Source: Eledone cirrhosa (taxonomy: Eukaryota). From it: a stretch of 64,000 nt of DNA. Position numbers and translations under genes: made by a program. The notes below the pieces were generated by a model that saw nothing but the letters and a program-made list of their open reading frames with translations, was not told where the DNA came from and made no database searches. The stretch covers positions 252,464,001 through 252,528,000 of the forward strand of contig OZ024740.1 in NCBI GenBank assembly GCA_964016885.1, given 5' to 3'. Below are positions 1-11,786 of the stretch, one piece after another (position 1 is the stretch's first letter; each line of letters begins with the position of its first letter).

Positions 1-957
1 TAGAAATAGTGGACAGCTACCGTTACCTGGGTGACAAAATCAGCAGTGGGGGAGGGTGCTCTGAAAGTACAGTAGCTAGAGTCAGAACTGGGTGGAAAAA
101 GTTCAGAGAGCTTATACCACTATTAGCCGCTAAAGGGTTCTCCCTAAAAATGAAAGGCAGGCTGTACGATGCCTGCATACGAACAGCAATGTTGCATGGC
201 AGTGAGACCTGGGCATTGTGTGCAGAGGATATACGCAGACTAGAGAGAAACGAAGCTTGCATGCTCCGCTGGATGTGTAATAGTAATATACGTGAACGAC
301 AAAGCATAAACGAACTAAGGAAAAAATTAGAAATAAGAGGGATCAGATGTTGTTTACTAGAGAGAAGGCTACGTTGGTATGGTCACGTGATGCGCATGAA
401 GGATGATAGCTGTATAACAAAGTGCAGGGCAATAAAAATAGACGGTAGCCACGGAATAGGCAGACCCAGAAAAACCTGGGACGAGCTGATAAACACCGAC
501 CTCACACACTTACACCTCACCAAGACAATGTCACTGGACCGAGACCTTTGGCGGTACTCAGTAATAGAGAAGACCCGCCTTGCCAGTAGGCATCTCTAAC
601 AAAATACACCCCGTCCCACCACCCCCACCCCCACCCCATCCACACCACCCCGTTCTATGTAAAGTTATGTTGGTGCCGCGCCATCCAGGCCGAAACAAAT
701 GAGCTCGTGTAGGTGTCATGACAAAAAAACACACAGTCCACGCTGTAATGTGGCCGTGTAGGCAACACGGTAAAAACCTCCCAGACCCACACTGTAAATG
801 TGGGTGGTGTTAGGAAGGGCATCCAACTGTAGAAAACCTGCCAGACAGTCCTATGCGACCAAGAAAATCACTCTTGCCTCAAGTGGGACTACCCCCGTCC
901 AAACCCATGCAAGCGTGGAACACGGACGTTAAACGTTGATGATGATGATGATGATGA
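1..957 (+). mobile_element. RTE-clade non-LTR retrotransposon, 3' end (RT C-terminus, 3' UTR, (GAT)n tail)
   Basis: ORF 9-599 has RTE motifs (MLHGSETW, RRLRWYGHVMR, GRPRKTW); near-identical to 40920-41500; ends in (GAT)n at ~937-957. Confidence 0.9.
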
Positions 958-1133
958 TACATACATAGAAGGATTTTAAGTTTAGTTAAAAGGAATTTAT
1001 TGACACGTGTTTCTATAACAGTTACATAACCTGAAAACAGCTGCTATCTACAACTGTCGAGCAAACTCTACGTGAGCTGTCCATCTACTGTGTGTAATAT
1101 TTATATTACAACACTACGGAAAATACTGTATAT

Positions 1134-1188
<55 letters not shown>

Positions 1189-1230
1189 CATATATATATA
1201 CATATACATATATATATGCATATATATATA

Positions 1231-1722
1231 CATCATCATCATCATCATCAGGTTTAGCGTCCGTGTTCCACGCTTGCATGGGTTTGGACGGGGGTTTTCC
1301 CACTTGAGGCAAGAGTGGTTGTCTTGCTCGCATAGGACTGTCTGGCGAGTTTTCTACAGTTGGATGCCCTTCCTAACACCAACCACATTTACAGTGTGGG
1401 GCTGGGAGGTTTTTACCGTGTTGCCTACACGGCCACATTACAGCGTGGACTGTCTGGCGGGTTTTCTACAGCCGGATGCCCTTCCTAACACCAACCACAT
1501 TTACAGTGTGGGGCTGGGAGGTTTTTACCGTGTTGCCTACACGGCCACATTTACAGCGTGGACTGTGTGTTTTTTTATCGTGACACCTACACGATCTCAT
1601 TTGTTTCGGCTTGGATGTTGTGGGACCAACATAACTTTACATTGAAAGGGGCGGTGTGGATGGGGTGGAGGTGGCGGGACGGGGGGGTGTTTTGATAGAG
1701 ATGCCTACTGACTGTAGTAGGT
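1231..1722 (-). mobile_element. RTE 3' UTR fragment with (GAT)n tail
   Basis: Reverse complement matches the 3' UTR at 41510-42006, including the internal repeat TGGTTGGTGTTAGGAAGGGCATCC. Confidence 0.85.
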
Positions 1723-1913
1723 TTTATATACATATATATATACATATACATATATATATACATATATATATATATATACATATATATACATATATATATA
1801 CATATATATATATACATATATGTAAAGTTATATTTAAAATTGTTGGGTTACAACTAGTAAATATTTATAACTGATATAAAAGCACTCGACAAATATTTGG
1901 AGTATATTTACAA

Positions 1914-1979
1914 TATTTTGTCTGATGAAGGCATAGCATATTGTTAATATGATATCCCCGAAATATATATAATGAAATA
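1914..1979 (+). ncRNA. Minimal type I hammerhead ribozyme motif (degenerate stem II)
   Basis: Stem I TATTTTGT/ATGAAATA, CTGATGA 1922-1928, GAAA 1960-1963, palindromic stem III ATATATAT, TA site; same family as 30470-30534. Confidence 0.6.
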
Positions 1980-2019
1980 GATATGGTTTTATAAATATAG
2001 TTTTCCATTTATTTAATAT

Positions 2020-2069
<50 letters not shown>

Positions 2070-2155
2070 AATACATATATATATATATAAATACATATAT
2101 ATATATATATAAATACATATATATATAAATACATATATATATATATATAAATACA

Positions 2156-2271
<116 letters not shown>

Positions 2272-2314
2272 CATATGAAATATAAGAATCAAAGAACTGT
2301 TCAAAACATTATTG

Positions 2315-2361
2315 TGCTTACAGCTGTTTCCTCCAAACCGAGGTTTGGATTCTTCGGAGCA
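2315..2361 (-). ncRNA. PLE-associated hammerhead-like motif (variant core CCGAAGA)
   Basis: Mirror copy of 7715-7761. Confidence 0.65.
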
Positions 2362-3807
2362 ATTTATTAATGCATGGACAGTTATATGACCTCCCCTTCA
2401 GCCGAGAGACATACCAATACATATTCAAACATTGATACATATTCAAACATTGTGGGTCAACATTCATTACAGAATTTAGAGTGGCAGTACACACTTCGAG
2501 ATTACATTTATATTAATAGGTACAATCAAAAATCAAAAATATAGGTTAAAATACAACATGAAGATAAGCGGTTATATAGTGCAAATGTTATATGTGTGGC
2601 ACGCATGTGCGTCTTGATTATATAGTGTGGCAGAGAGATATGTGTGGTAGAGGCACTTAGGTAGGTAAATAAGAGTGTTAGGTTGGTAGATCTGGTGGCA
2701 AATTCTTTATATGATTGATATAGTCTGTGTGTGGAGAAATATTATAAGCATTAAAGATAGTGCAAGCATTAAAAGTGTTATAAGTAATGGAGATGCACAG
2801 CGCAGGGATGTCAAGTATTTCATGTACTTCGGCATTTTCATGGTCAGGGGAGTGTATTTTTCGATTATATGCCCTTCACGTAATCCACGACAATCCAGTT
2901 AGAGATCGTAGTCTGGTGTTCTTTAGTTCGATACAGGAGGTTGTTACGTTTCTAGAAACGCCATTGAATACCGCCCGGAAGTGTGTGTGTGTGGCAAAGG
3001 GGAGTTAATGCGTGCGGGGAGGTAACTCTGGGGTTTCTATATCTAGCCATTAAAATGTGTCCCAATATAGACTCTAAATTCTATGGTGATGCGCATCCTC
3101 CAAGAGAGATTTTTAAAGCATAAAGTGTATTAACTATAGAGTAGTTTAATTAAGTTATGCTGAAGGTGGTCATATTATTATGGTGGATTAACCCATCTTA
3201 AGGTGCCACAAATGGAAATTATAGATGATGAGCGAGGATTCTAAATTAATGATCTCTGTGGTTGTAGTCTGCTCATATGACCAGGCGCGGTGATTGCAGG
3301 CTTGCTTCAGGACCCAATGATCTCTGGTAAGATCTGGGTCATCGCTTGCTACATTTGATGTCGAAAGAAAATCATCCCCAGGCCGGCCAAAGGTCAAACC
3401 GCAGTCCTCACGACCCCTCTCTGACCGTCAGATCATCCATATACGTACAACCCGCCCGGCAGTTGCAATGCATTCACTCACTGCGCTCAGCAGTCCGGTC
3501 CTACTGGTCAACAGCGCTACTCGATTAAATCATTTTACATCCGTCTAAGGAAGGTGTTTCCTCTGCACAACACTATCCGACCAATCAATTCATGCTCAAA
3601 TTACCCTTAGAGCGGTGTAGTGCCGTTCAAGTGGGTGGATGTTGTCACGCCTGCCGTAGAGGTATAAATGGGTATTCTCCCTGCGAAGGGTTCCAGAGGG
3701 ATGTCGTTGTTTGTGTTATAATGGATCAGTTAGTGTTGGGTATGTAGTATAAGGTGTGTCTCTGGTGTTTGATGCTAGATGTGGTGTTAGGTTCCAGTCC
3801 GACCTTG

Positions 3808-5502
3808 CTATATATTGGGCTTAAAGTTTTGGAAGGAATGTCTGAGGCGGTGCTGGCAAGTTGCAAACACCTCAGATTTTTTGTTAAGTAGGTTACGGTT
3901 GGAGAAGATAATATTGTGTGTCTCTAGTATACAGAGGTTACAGAATTTATTAGGTGGTTTGTACGAGGTCGCGCTGCCTATCACTTCCCATTTGAGTGTG
4001 TATGGTTTATTTTTAGATTTTAGATAGTGTATGTAGCTAGAAAGTGAGGTGGAGTTGGCTAGGCTGTGCTTTTTGAACGAGTGGATGTGCGAATTATATC
4101 TGATTTTGAAGCAGTTAGAAGTGGAGCCTACATAGGTTTCTGAAGAGTTATTAGTCGTGACGGTGCATGAGTATATGACATCCTTGGTTAGGCATTTTTT
4201 ATCTAAAGGGCAGGTTCTATTAGCTCTACAGTTACAATTATCCTGTGCGTTAGTCCGCTGGTTATAATGCAATGCGGAAGTCTGTGTGGTAGATATAGGA
4301 TTTTGGGTGTTCGGGTTGACAACCCTGGTGTTATTACTTATACTAGTGTTATTTCTATTGTTACTGCCGTTGCTATGGTTGCTTGCTACAGTGGTATTTA
4401 GAGGGTTTGCATCCCGTTGTGATTTTGTTTGTTGGAAGTAAGAACTAATTTTACTATTATTGCTGCTAGCTATGTGGTATGCTAAGTTAGGCGTCGTAGA
4501 GTATGAGATTTTAATGGTGTTTTTGTTTAAGAGGTTGTGGTACTTGTGTCCTAGAGGGAAGTTTTTATCTAGTAGTGAGAAGAAAGCCCTAGGTATGTTG
4601 GTGGAGACATTAAGGTTGAAAGGAGGGTTGAAAAATGTATTATTTCTTCTTCTATTTTTGCTTTTAGTGTTTGGTGTGTTGCTTCCTCCTAAGGCCCCAC
4701 AGTAGTTTCCATGGTAATGGTTACTTCTGGTGGCACCCTCCGCTTTGGTGTACTTGTGGTTGCTATTCCTATTATTAGATTTCCTCATGGACATGTTGTG
4801 CGAGATGATGTTGTAGCTATGTGTTTTCTTAGGTAGGAACTCAATTTCTATATTATGGCCGGAGCTAGCTAATGCTTGATTGTAATATTGTGAGTTTTTG
4901 CTAAATATGTTTGCGTCATAGGACAGACTAGAGATTCTATTGGACACCCCCTTAGAGATAGAGTTTAATATTGATCTAGGGTGATTAGACTTGGTATCTA
5001 CGTAAATAAGTTTCTCATTAGGCTTATGGAAAGGTGTATATATTTTTGAGTCTAGGTATAGTGTGGCGTCTAGGAAGTTAACATTTTTAGTGTTTTTGTC
5101 CATGGTGATACTAAGGTTAAAGTTTTTGAATGTCTTATGCAGTTGTTTTCTAGTTCTTTCTATATTAAATTTTTTATATTCTATAAGTAGAAGTGCATCA
5201 TCGCGGTACAAACCACCGTTGAGGTAAGGGAGGTCCTTATGGATTTCATTGAGGAGGTATAGGCCGACCAAATCAGTGACCTGCGCCGAGTCACTAGATC
5301 CCATGGTTATGTTGAAGTTGTTGTGCGTATCCTTGCGTGTCCATAGTTGGTCCTCAAAGGTAATTATGGTTTTACGGGCCGCAAGGATGACATCAACCTG
5401 GGCTCTAGTCAGGTCGCTATTGGTCATGGCCATGATAAGTGCCTTATTTAATAGGATAGGGGAAATAGAGGTGTAGTACGAATTGATATCAAATTGATAA
5501 AA
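3808..5502 (-). CDS. Penelope-like RT (partial) + linker + C-terminal GIY-YIG endonuclease
   Basis: FDINSYYTSI, MGSSDSAQVTDLVG, GLYRDD, VNFLDATL, then CNCRxxxxCPLxxxCL and VIY...YVGST...R...H...E. The first ~38 aa of the 602-aa ORF-track entry come from the antisense of the inverted arm. Confidence 0.9.
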   Translation of the reverse strand, partial: FYQFDINSYYTSISPILLNKALIMAMTNSDLTRAQVDVILAARKTIITFEDQLWTRKDTHNNFNITMGSSDSAQVTDLVGLYLLNEIHKDLPYLNGGLYRDDALLLIEYKKFNIERTRKQLHKTFKNFNLSITMDKNTKNVNFLDATLYLDSKIYTPFHKPNEKLIYVDTKSNHPRSILNSISKGVSNRISSLSYDANIFSKNSQYYNQALASSGHNIEIEFLPKKTHSYNIISHNMSMRKSNNRNSNHKYTKAEGATRSNHYHGNYCGALGGSNTPNTKSKNRRRNNTFFNPPFNLNVSTNIPRAFFSLLDKNFPLGHKYHNLLNKNTIKISYSTTPNLAYHIASSNNSKISSYFQQTKSQRDANPLNTTVASNHSNGSNNRNNTSISNNTRVVNPNTQNPISTTQTSALHYNQRTNAQDNCNCRANRTCPLDKKCLTKDVIYSCTVTTNNSSETYVGSTSNCFKIRYNSHIHSFKKHSLANSTSLSSYIHYLKSKNKPYTLKWEVIGSATSYKPPNKFCNLCILETHNIIFSNRNLLNKKSEVFATCQHRLRHSFQNFKPNI

Positions 5503-6268
5503 ACTAGATAAAAACTTCCCTCTAGGACACAAGTACCACAACCTCTTAAACAAAAACACCATTAAAATCTCATACTCTACGACGCCTAACTTAGCATACC
5601 ACATAGCTAGCAGCAATAATAGTAAAATTAGTTCTTACTTCCAACAAACAAAATCACAACGGGATGCAAACCCTCTAAATACCACTGTAGCAAGCAACCA
5701 TAGCAACGGCAGTAACAATAGAAATAACACTAGTATAAGTAATAACACCAGGGTTGTCAACCCGAACACCCAAAATCCTATATCTACCACACAGACTTCC
5801 GCATTGCATTATAACCAGCGGACTAACGCACAGGATAATTGTAACTGTAGAGCTAATAGAACCTGCCCTTTAGATAAAAAATGCCTAACCAAGGATGTCA
5901 TATACTCATGCACCGTCACGACTAATAACTCTTCAGAAACCTATGTAGGCTCCACTTCTAACTGCTTCAAAATCAGATATAATTCGCACATCCACTCGTT
6001 CAAAAAGCACAGCCTAGCCAACTCCACCTCACTTTCTAGCTACATACACTATCTAAAATCTAAAAATAAACCATACACACTCAAATGGGAAGTGATAGGC
6101 AGCGCGACCTCGTACAAACCACCTAATAAATTCTGTAACCTCTGTATACTAGAGACACACAATATTATCTTCTCCAACCGTAACCTACTTAACAAAAAAT
6201 CTGAGGTGTTTGCAACTTGCCAGCACCGCCTCAGACATTCCTTCCAAAACTTTAAGCCCAATATATAG
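5503..6268 (+). pseudogene. Inverted duplicate of the PLE linker and GIY-YIG domain
   Basis: ORF 5804-6268 is identical to the C-terminus of the minus-strand ORF. Confidence 0.88.
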
Positions 6269-7714
6269 CAAGGTCGGACTGGAACCTAACACCACATCTA
6301 GCATCAAACACCAGAGACACACCTTATACTACATACCCAACACTAACTGATCCATTATAACACAAACAACGACATCCCTCTGGAACCCTTCGCAGGGAGA
6401 ATACCCATTTATACCTCTACGGCAGGCGTGACAACATCCACCCACTTGAACGGCACTACACCGCTCTAAGGGTAATTTGAGCATGAATTGATTGGTCGGA
6501 TAGTGTTGTGCAGAGGAAACACCTTCCTTAGACGGATGTAAAATGATTTAATCGAGTAGCGCTGTTGACCAGTAGGACCGGACTGCTGAGCGCAGTGAGT
6601 GAATGCATTGCAACTGCCGGGCGGGTTGTACGTATATGGATGATCTGACGGTCAGAGAGGGGTCGTGAGGACTGCGGTTTGACCTTTGGCCGGCCTGGGG
6701 ATGATTTTCTTTCGACATCAAATGTAGCAAGCGATGACCCAGATCTTACCAGAGATCATTGGGTCCTGAAGCAAGCCTGCAATCACCGCGCCTGGTCATA
6801 TGAGCAGACTACAACCACAGAGATCATTAATTTAGAATCCTCGCTCATCATCTATAATTTCCATTTGTGGCACCTTAAGATGGGTTAATCCACCATAATA
6901 ATATGACCACCTTCAGCATAACTTAATTAAACTACTCTATAGTTAATACACTTTATGCTTTAAAAATCTCTCTTGGAGGATGCGCATCACCATAGAATTT
7001 AGAGTCTATATTGGGACACATTTTAATGGCTAGATATAGAAACCCCAGAGTTACCTCCCCGCACGCATTAACTCCCCTTTGCCACACACACACACTTCCG
7101 GGCGGTATTCAATGGCGTTTCTAGAAACGTAACAACCTCCTGTATCGAACTAAAGAACACCAGACTACGATCTCTAACTGGATTGTCGTGGATTACGTGA
7201 AGGGCATATAATCGAAAAATACACTCCCCTGACCATGAAAATGCCGAAGTACATGAAATACTTGACATCCCTGCGCTGTGCATCTCCATTACTTATAACA
7301 CTTTTAATGCTTGCACTATCTTTAATGCTTATAATATTTCTCCACACACAGACTATATCAATCATATAAAGAATTTGCCACCAGATCTACCAACCTAACA
7401 CTCTTATTTACCTACCTAAGTGCTTCTACCACACATATCTCTCTGCCACACTATATAAACAAGACGCACATGCGTGCCACACATATAACATTTGCACTAT
7501 ATAACCGCTTATCTTCATGTTGTATTTTAACCTATATTTTTGATTTTTGATTGTACCTATTAATATAAATGTAATCTCGAAGTGTGTACTGCCACTCTAA
7601 ATTCTGTAATGAATGTTGACCCACAATGTTTGAATATGTATCAATGTTTGAATATGTATTGGTATGTCTCTCGGCTGAAGGGGAGGTCATATAACTGTCC
7701 ATGCATTAATAAAT

Positions 7715-7761
7715 TGCTCCGAAGAATCCAAACCTCGGTTTGGAGGAAACAGCTGTAAGCA
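7715..7761 (+). ncRNA. PLE-associated hammerhead-like motif (variant core CCGAAGA)
   Basis: TGCT-CCGAAGA-A-TCCAAAC(CTCG)GTTTGGA-G-GAAA-CAGCTG-TA-AGCA; palindromic stem III. Confidence 0.65.
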
Positions 7762-7974
7762 CAATAATGTTTTGAACAGTTCTTTGATTCTTATATTTCA
7801 TATAACTGCTCTGTAAATCATCTGATGTTTTTACATTGAGCTACTTAACTTACTGGTAATAAGGTAGTAATACAATACTGCCTACCACTATTTAGGGTGT
7901 GTGTAAAATACTTACAACTGCTTAAGGTCTTGTGTTTACATAACCATAAATAGTATAACTAATACTATATATAC

Positions 7975-8167
<193 letters not shown>

Positions 8168-8195
8168 TATATACATATATATATATACATATATA

Positions 8196-8903
8196 GTTCT
8201 GACTCTAGCTACTGTACTTTCAGAGCACCCTCCCCCACTGCTGATTTTGTCACCCAGGTAACGGAAGCTGTCCACTATTTCTATAGAACCCTTTGCGCAG
8301 TTGAAAGAGCTTGTATTTTGTGGGCACTTGCTGCTACTTATTGCACCAGAGCACCGGCCACATGTAAAATCTATGTTCTTAGTTAGCTTACCTGTGATCC
8401 CACTACATCTTTTATGCACCCATACTTTGCATTTGGAACACAAAATGGAGTTTCTACCTACGCCTTGGCTACACACTTCCGCTTCCCGGAAGGGACCGCC
8501 GCCTTATTTTCTTTCTTACAAACTAGAACTTTAGTCTTAGCCAGGTTAATTTTAAGGCCTTTTGATTCTAGGCCGTGCTTCCATGTTTGGAATTTCTTCT
8601 CTAGCTCGGCCATCGATTCAGCTATGAGTGTTAGGTCATCTGCGTATAGGAGTTCCCATGGGCAACCGGTCTTGAACTCCTCTTTTATAGCCTTAAGGGC
8701 AATAATAAATAGTAGGGGGCTGAGAACAGAGACCTGATGGACGCCAACTTTTACGCTAAACTCTTCACTATATTCGTTGTTAATTCTAACCTTGCTCACT
8801 GTTTCTTTATACATGGCTTGTATAGCTCTCACAAGCCATTCGTCAACACCTAGTTTTCTAAGAGCCCACCAGATAATGGAACGGGGGACTCTGTCGAAGG
8901 CTT
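8196..8903 (-). mobile_element. RTE RT fragment
   Basis: AFDRVP, GVHQVSVLSPLLF, LLYADDL motifs; a frameshift; matches 40320-41005. Confidence 0.88.
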
Positions 8904-8979
8904 GTTGTACTTCAAAAACCATGATAATTTCAAGGTCAATGCTAACATGAACTGTAAAACGAAAAACCTAATATATTGC

Positions 8980-9315
8980 GCAACATGGCTTAGTGGTTAG
9001 AGCATTGGCCTTGCAATCGAAAGGTTGTGAGTTCAATTCTCAGACCGGGTGATGTGTTGTTTCCTTGAGCAAGACACTTTATTTCACATTGCTCCAGTTT
9101 ACTCAGCTGTAGAAATGAGATGATAGGGACTGAGGTCCCTATCATTCCACTGCAAAGTGGTCGTGGAGGTGCCACGGCAAAAAAGCACCCAGCACTCACT
9201 GTAAATGAGGTTGGTGTTAGGAAGGGCATCCAGCTGTAGAAATCAAGCCAGAATCAGTTCCCGTCCCACCCTTGCTCGCAAGGAAAAGTGGACGTAAAAT
9301 GAAATGATGATGAAA
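8980..9315 (+). mobile_element. tRNA-derived CORE-like SINE with RTE-type tail (family A)
   Basis: A box TGGCTTAGTGG, B box-like GAGTTCAATTC, CORE-like TTCCTTGAGCAAGACACTT, tail GTTAGGAAGGGCATCCAGCTGTAG shared with the RTE 3' UTR. Confidence 0.8.
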
Positions 9316-9319
9316 ATGA

Positions 9320-9577
9320 ACATGTCCACAGTGTAAAGAGTATTACATTGGGGAAACCGGAACGGGATTACATGATAGAGTCCGGGTACATAAACAACAA
9401 ATTAAAGACCCCACAGTCAGAAATACCACATGTAGCGCACACTTTGCATCATGCGGGAAGGGAAAATTCACAATCTTCCCTTTCTTCAAGATATGGTCGG
9501 ATAACGAACATTTCCTCAGATATAAAGAAGAATTCTTCATTGAAAAATTTAAACCACTACTGAACATGAAAAAATGA
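9320..9577 (+). pseudogene. Neptune-like PLE GIY-YIG endonuclease C-terminal remnant (one frameshift)
   Basis: Manual translation TCPQCKEYYIGETGTGLHDRVRVHKQQIKDP / CSAHFASCGKGKFTIFPFFK...KEEFFIEKFKPLLNMKK*. Confidence 0.75.
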
Positions 9578-9778
9578 ATTAACACTCGGAGGTAAAATTC
9601 CATTTCACTACACCCCCCCCCCCCATCTTCTTATGTGTACACATGAATATCTGAGTGAACTGTGAGACACACACATATGTGTGTAGGTATGTATGGATTA
9701 TGTACGCGTGGGTATATATGTATGTGGGTGTGTGTATGTGTGTGTGTATATGTATGTATGGATGTGTGTATGTTTGTA

Positions 9779-9823
<45 letters not shown>

Positions 9824-9890
9824 ATGTGTGTATATATATGTAAATGTATATGTATGTATGTGTATGTTTGTATATATATATATATATATG

Positions 9891-9936
<46 letters not shown>

Positions 9937-10347
9937 AAATTGAGGTTGGTAATGGCACATGGAATATATAAGAGACAGAATACTTTTTTGTGAAAAAACA
10001 TAATTTTATAAGGTAAGGAAATAATAACCTTCGTTTTGTGTAGAAAATTACACTTTTCATATATATATATATATAGATATATGTTTATATGTGTGTGTAT
10101 GTATATGTATGTATCTATATATGTGTGTGTGTGTATGTATGTGCATATATGTATATATGTGTGTACATATGTGTATGTTTCTGTATGTGTATATGTATGT
10201 ATGTATGTAGATGTATGTATATATATGTATATATATATATATGTATGTATATATGTGTCTTTATGTGCTTGTGTGTACACACACACATATATATATGTAT
10301 ATATGTATGTGTGTATGTATGTGTGTGTATGTATATATATGTGTGTG

Positions 10348-10378
<31 letters not shown>

Positions 10379-10551
10379 GTATGTATGTATATGTATGTGT
10401 ATATATGTATGTGTGTATGTATTTGTATGTGTATGTATGTATATATATATATATGTATGTGTATATATATATATATAGATATATATATATGTGTATATGT
10501 ATGTATATGTGTGTATGTGTCTGTATGTGTTTATGTGTACATATATATATA

Positions 10552-10618
<67 letters not shown>

Positions 10619-10636
10619 TCCCATTCGCTGTGAAAA

Positions 10637-11275
10637 ATGAAATACCCATGATCGTTTGGTAAATCACTGATGAGGGACTCATTTTATAACATGTTATCCA
10701 TGTGCAACCAGCAGTATTCTTCTCACCCATATTTTCATATATTTACCCAAACTGCAATTCTGTGTTTCTTTCTTTCTCTCTTACTGCTCCCTCGTTCTCT
10801 CTGTTTCTCTTACTTTCTTTCGTCCCCTCTGCCACGTCAGTTAACTCTTTCTCTCTACTGACCTCTTCCTCGCACTCCCACTCACTCAGTCCCTGTTTCT
10901 CCCCTTCTTTCTTCCTCCCATTCGCTGGGAAAACGGTTTTCATTCTTTCTATCACCGGATTCACTAGCGAAAGGTCTGTTTTCTGACTCGCTCATATATT
11001 CACACAGCTTATGCTGAAAGAATAACTATGTTGCTTGTGTTTATTTCCATCTTCGGTTAGCTTCCCCCTGTGTTGTTTACTTGTCTCACTCGCTTTACGC
11101 GTTTCTATTGTCCTAATAACTTATTTTAGTTATTATCGCTCCAACGTGAGGTATATGATTTTTAATGCGATGAAATACCCATGATCGTTTGGTAAATCAC
11201 TGATGAGGGACTCATTTTATAACATGTTATCCATGTGCAACCAGCAGTATTCTTCTCACACATATTTTCATATAT
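10637..11275. repeat. Unit bounded by ~106-bp direct repeats (period 533 bp), embedded in (TA)n
   Basis: 10637-10742 is near-identical to 11170-11275; each repeat contains CTGATGA. Confidence 0.8.
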
Positions 11276-11631
11276 ATATATATATACACTCCCTTACCTC
11301 TTTTACTTCCGCATCTAAGTGTACGTGTGTGTAGGTGTGTTTATGCACGCACCTTCATATTCATATTCTTATGATGTATCTATTCTGTCTGTAGATTACA
11401 GATATACAGATACATTTGCCCTAAATTTCATATTTACGCACACTTTTTCACTATACGTATACATATGTGCATACACATATATGCACATCTGTGAGCGTAT
11501 ATACATACATATACACACACCTAACTATATTTCTTGAAAGATTATTATATATTTCATATTCTAAATCATTTGTCTATATCTTTTTTTTGATTTTCTTGAC
11601 GAGACTTTCCAAGTATTTACCCATGTTTTAT

Positions 11632-11709
11632 ATTGCCTCGTCTGACGAACGAATGAAGACGCTTCTTTCATATTCGCCTCATTCGGGAAACCTCTGGTAA
11701 TGAGGTAAT
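11632..11709 (+). ncRNA. Type I hammerhead ribozyme motif
   Basis: Stem I ATTGCCTCGT/ATGAGGTAAT, CTGACGA 11642-11648, stem II CGAATGA/TCATTCG, GAAA 11687-11690, stem III ACC(TCT)GGT, GTA site. Confidence 0.8.
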
Positions 11710-11731
11710 TATATTGTATTGATTTTTATAC

Positions 11732-11786
<55 letters not shown>

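Larger units (their letters stand above)
2273..7803. mobile_element. Penelope-like element (Naiad-like), 5'-truncated, with 2.3-kb inverted arms
   Basis: 2273-4573 is the near-exact reverse complement of 5503-7803 (two mismatches seen); 929-bp spacer; RT + GIY-YIG ORF; an HHR near each outer end. Confidence 0.92.

Noticed and set aside
5503-5616. N-terminal 38 aa of the 602-aa ORF
   Set aside because: Chance read-through from the antisense strand of the inverted arm
8985-9050. tRNA gene
   Set aside because: It is the head of a multi-copy SINE and continues into CORE-like and RTE-tail sequence
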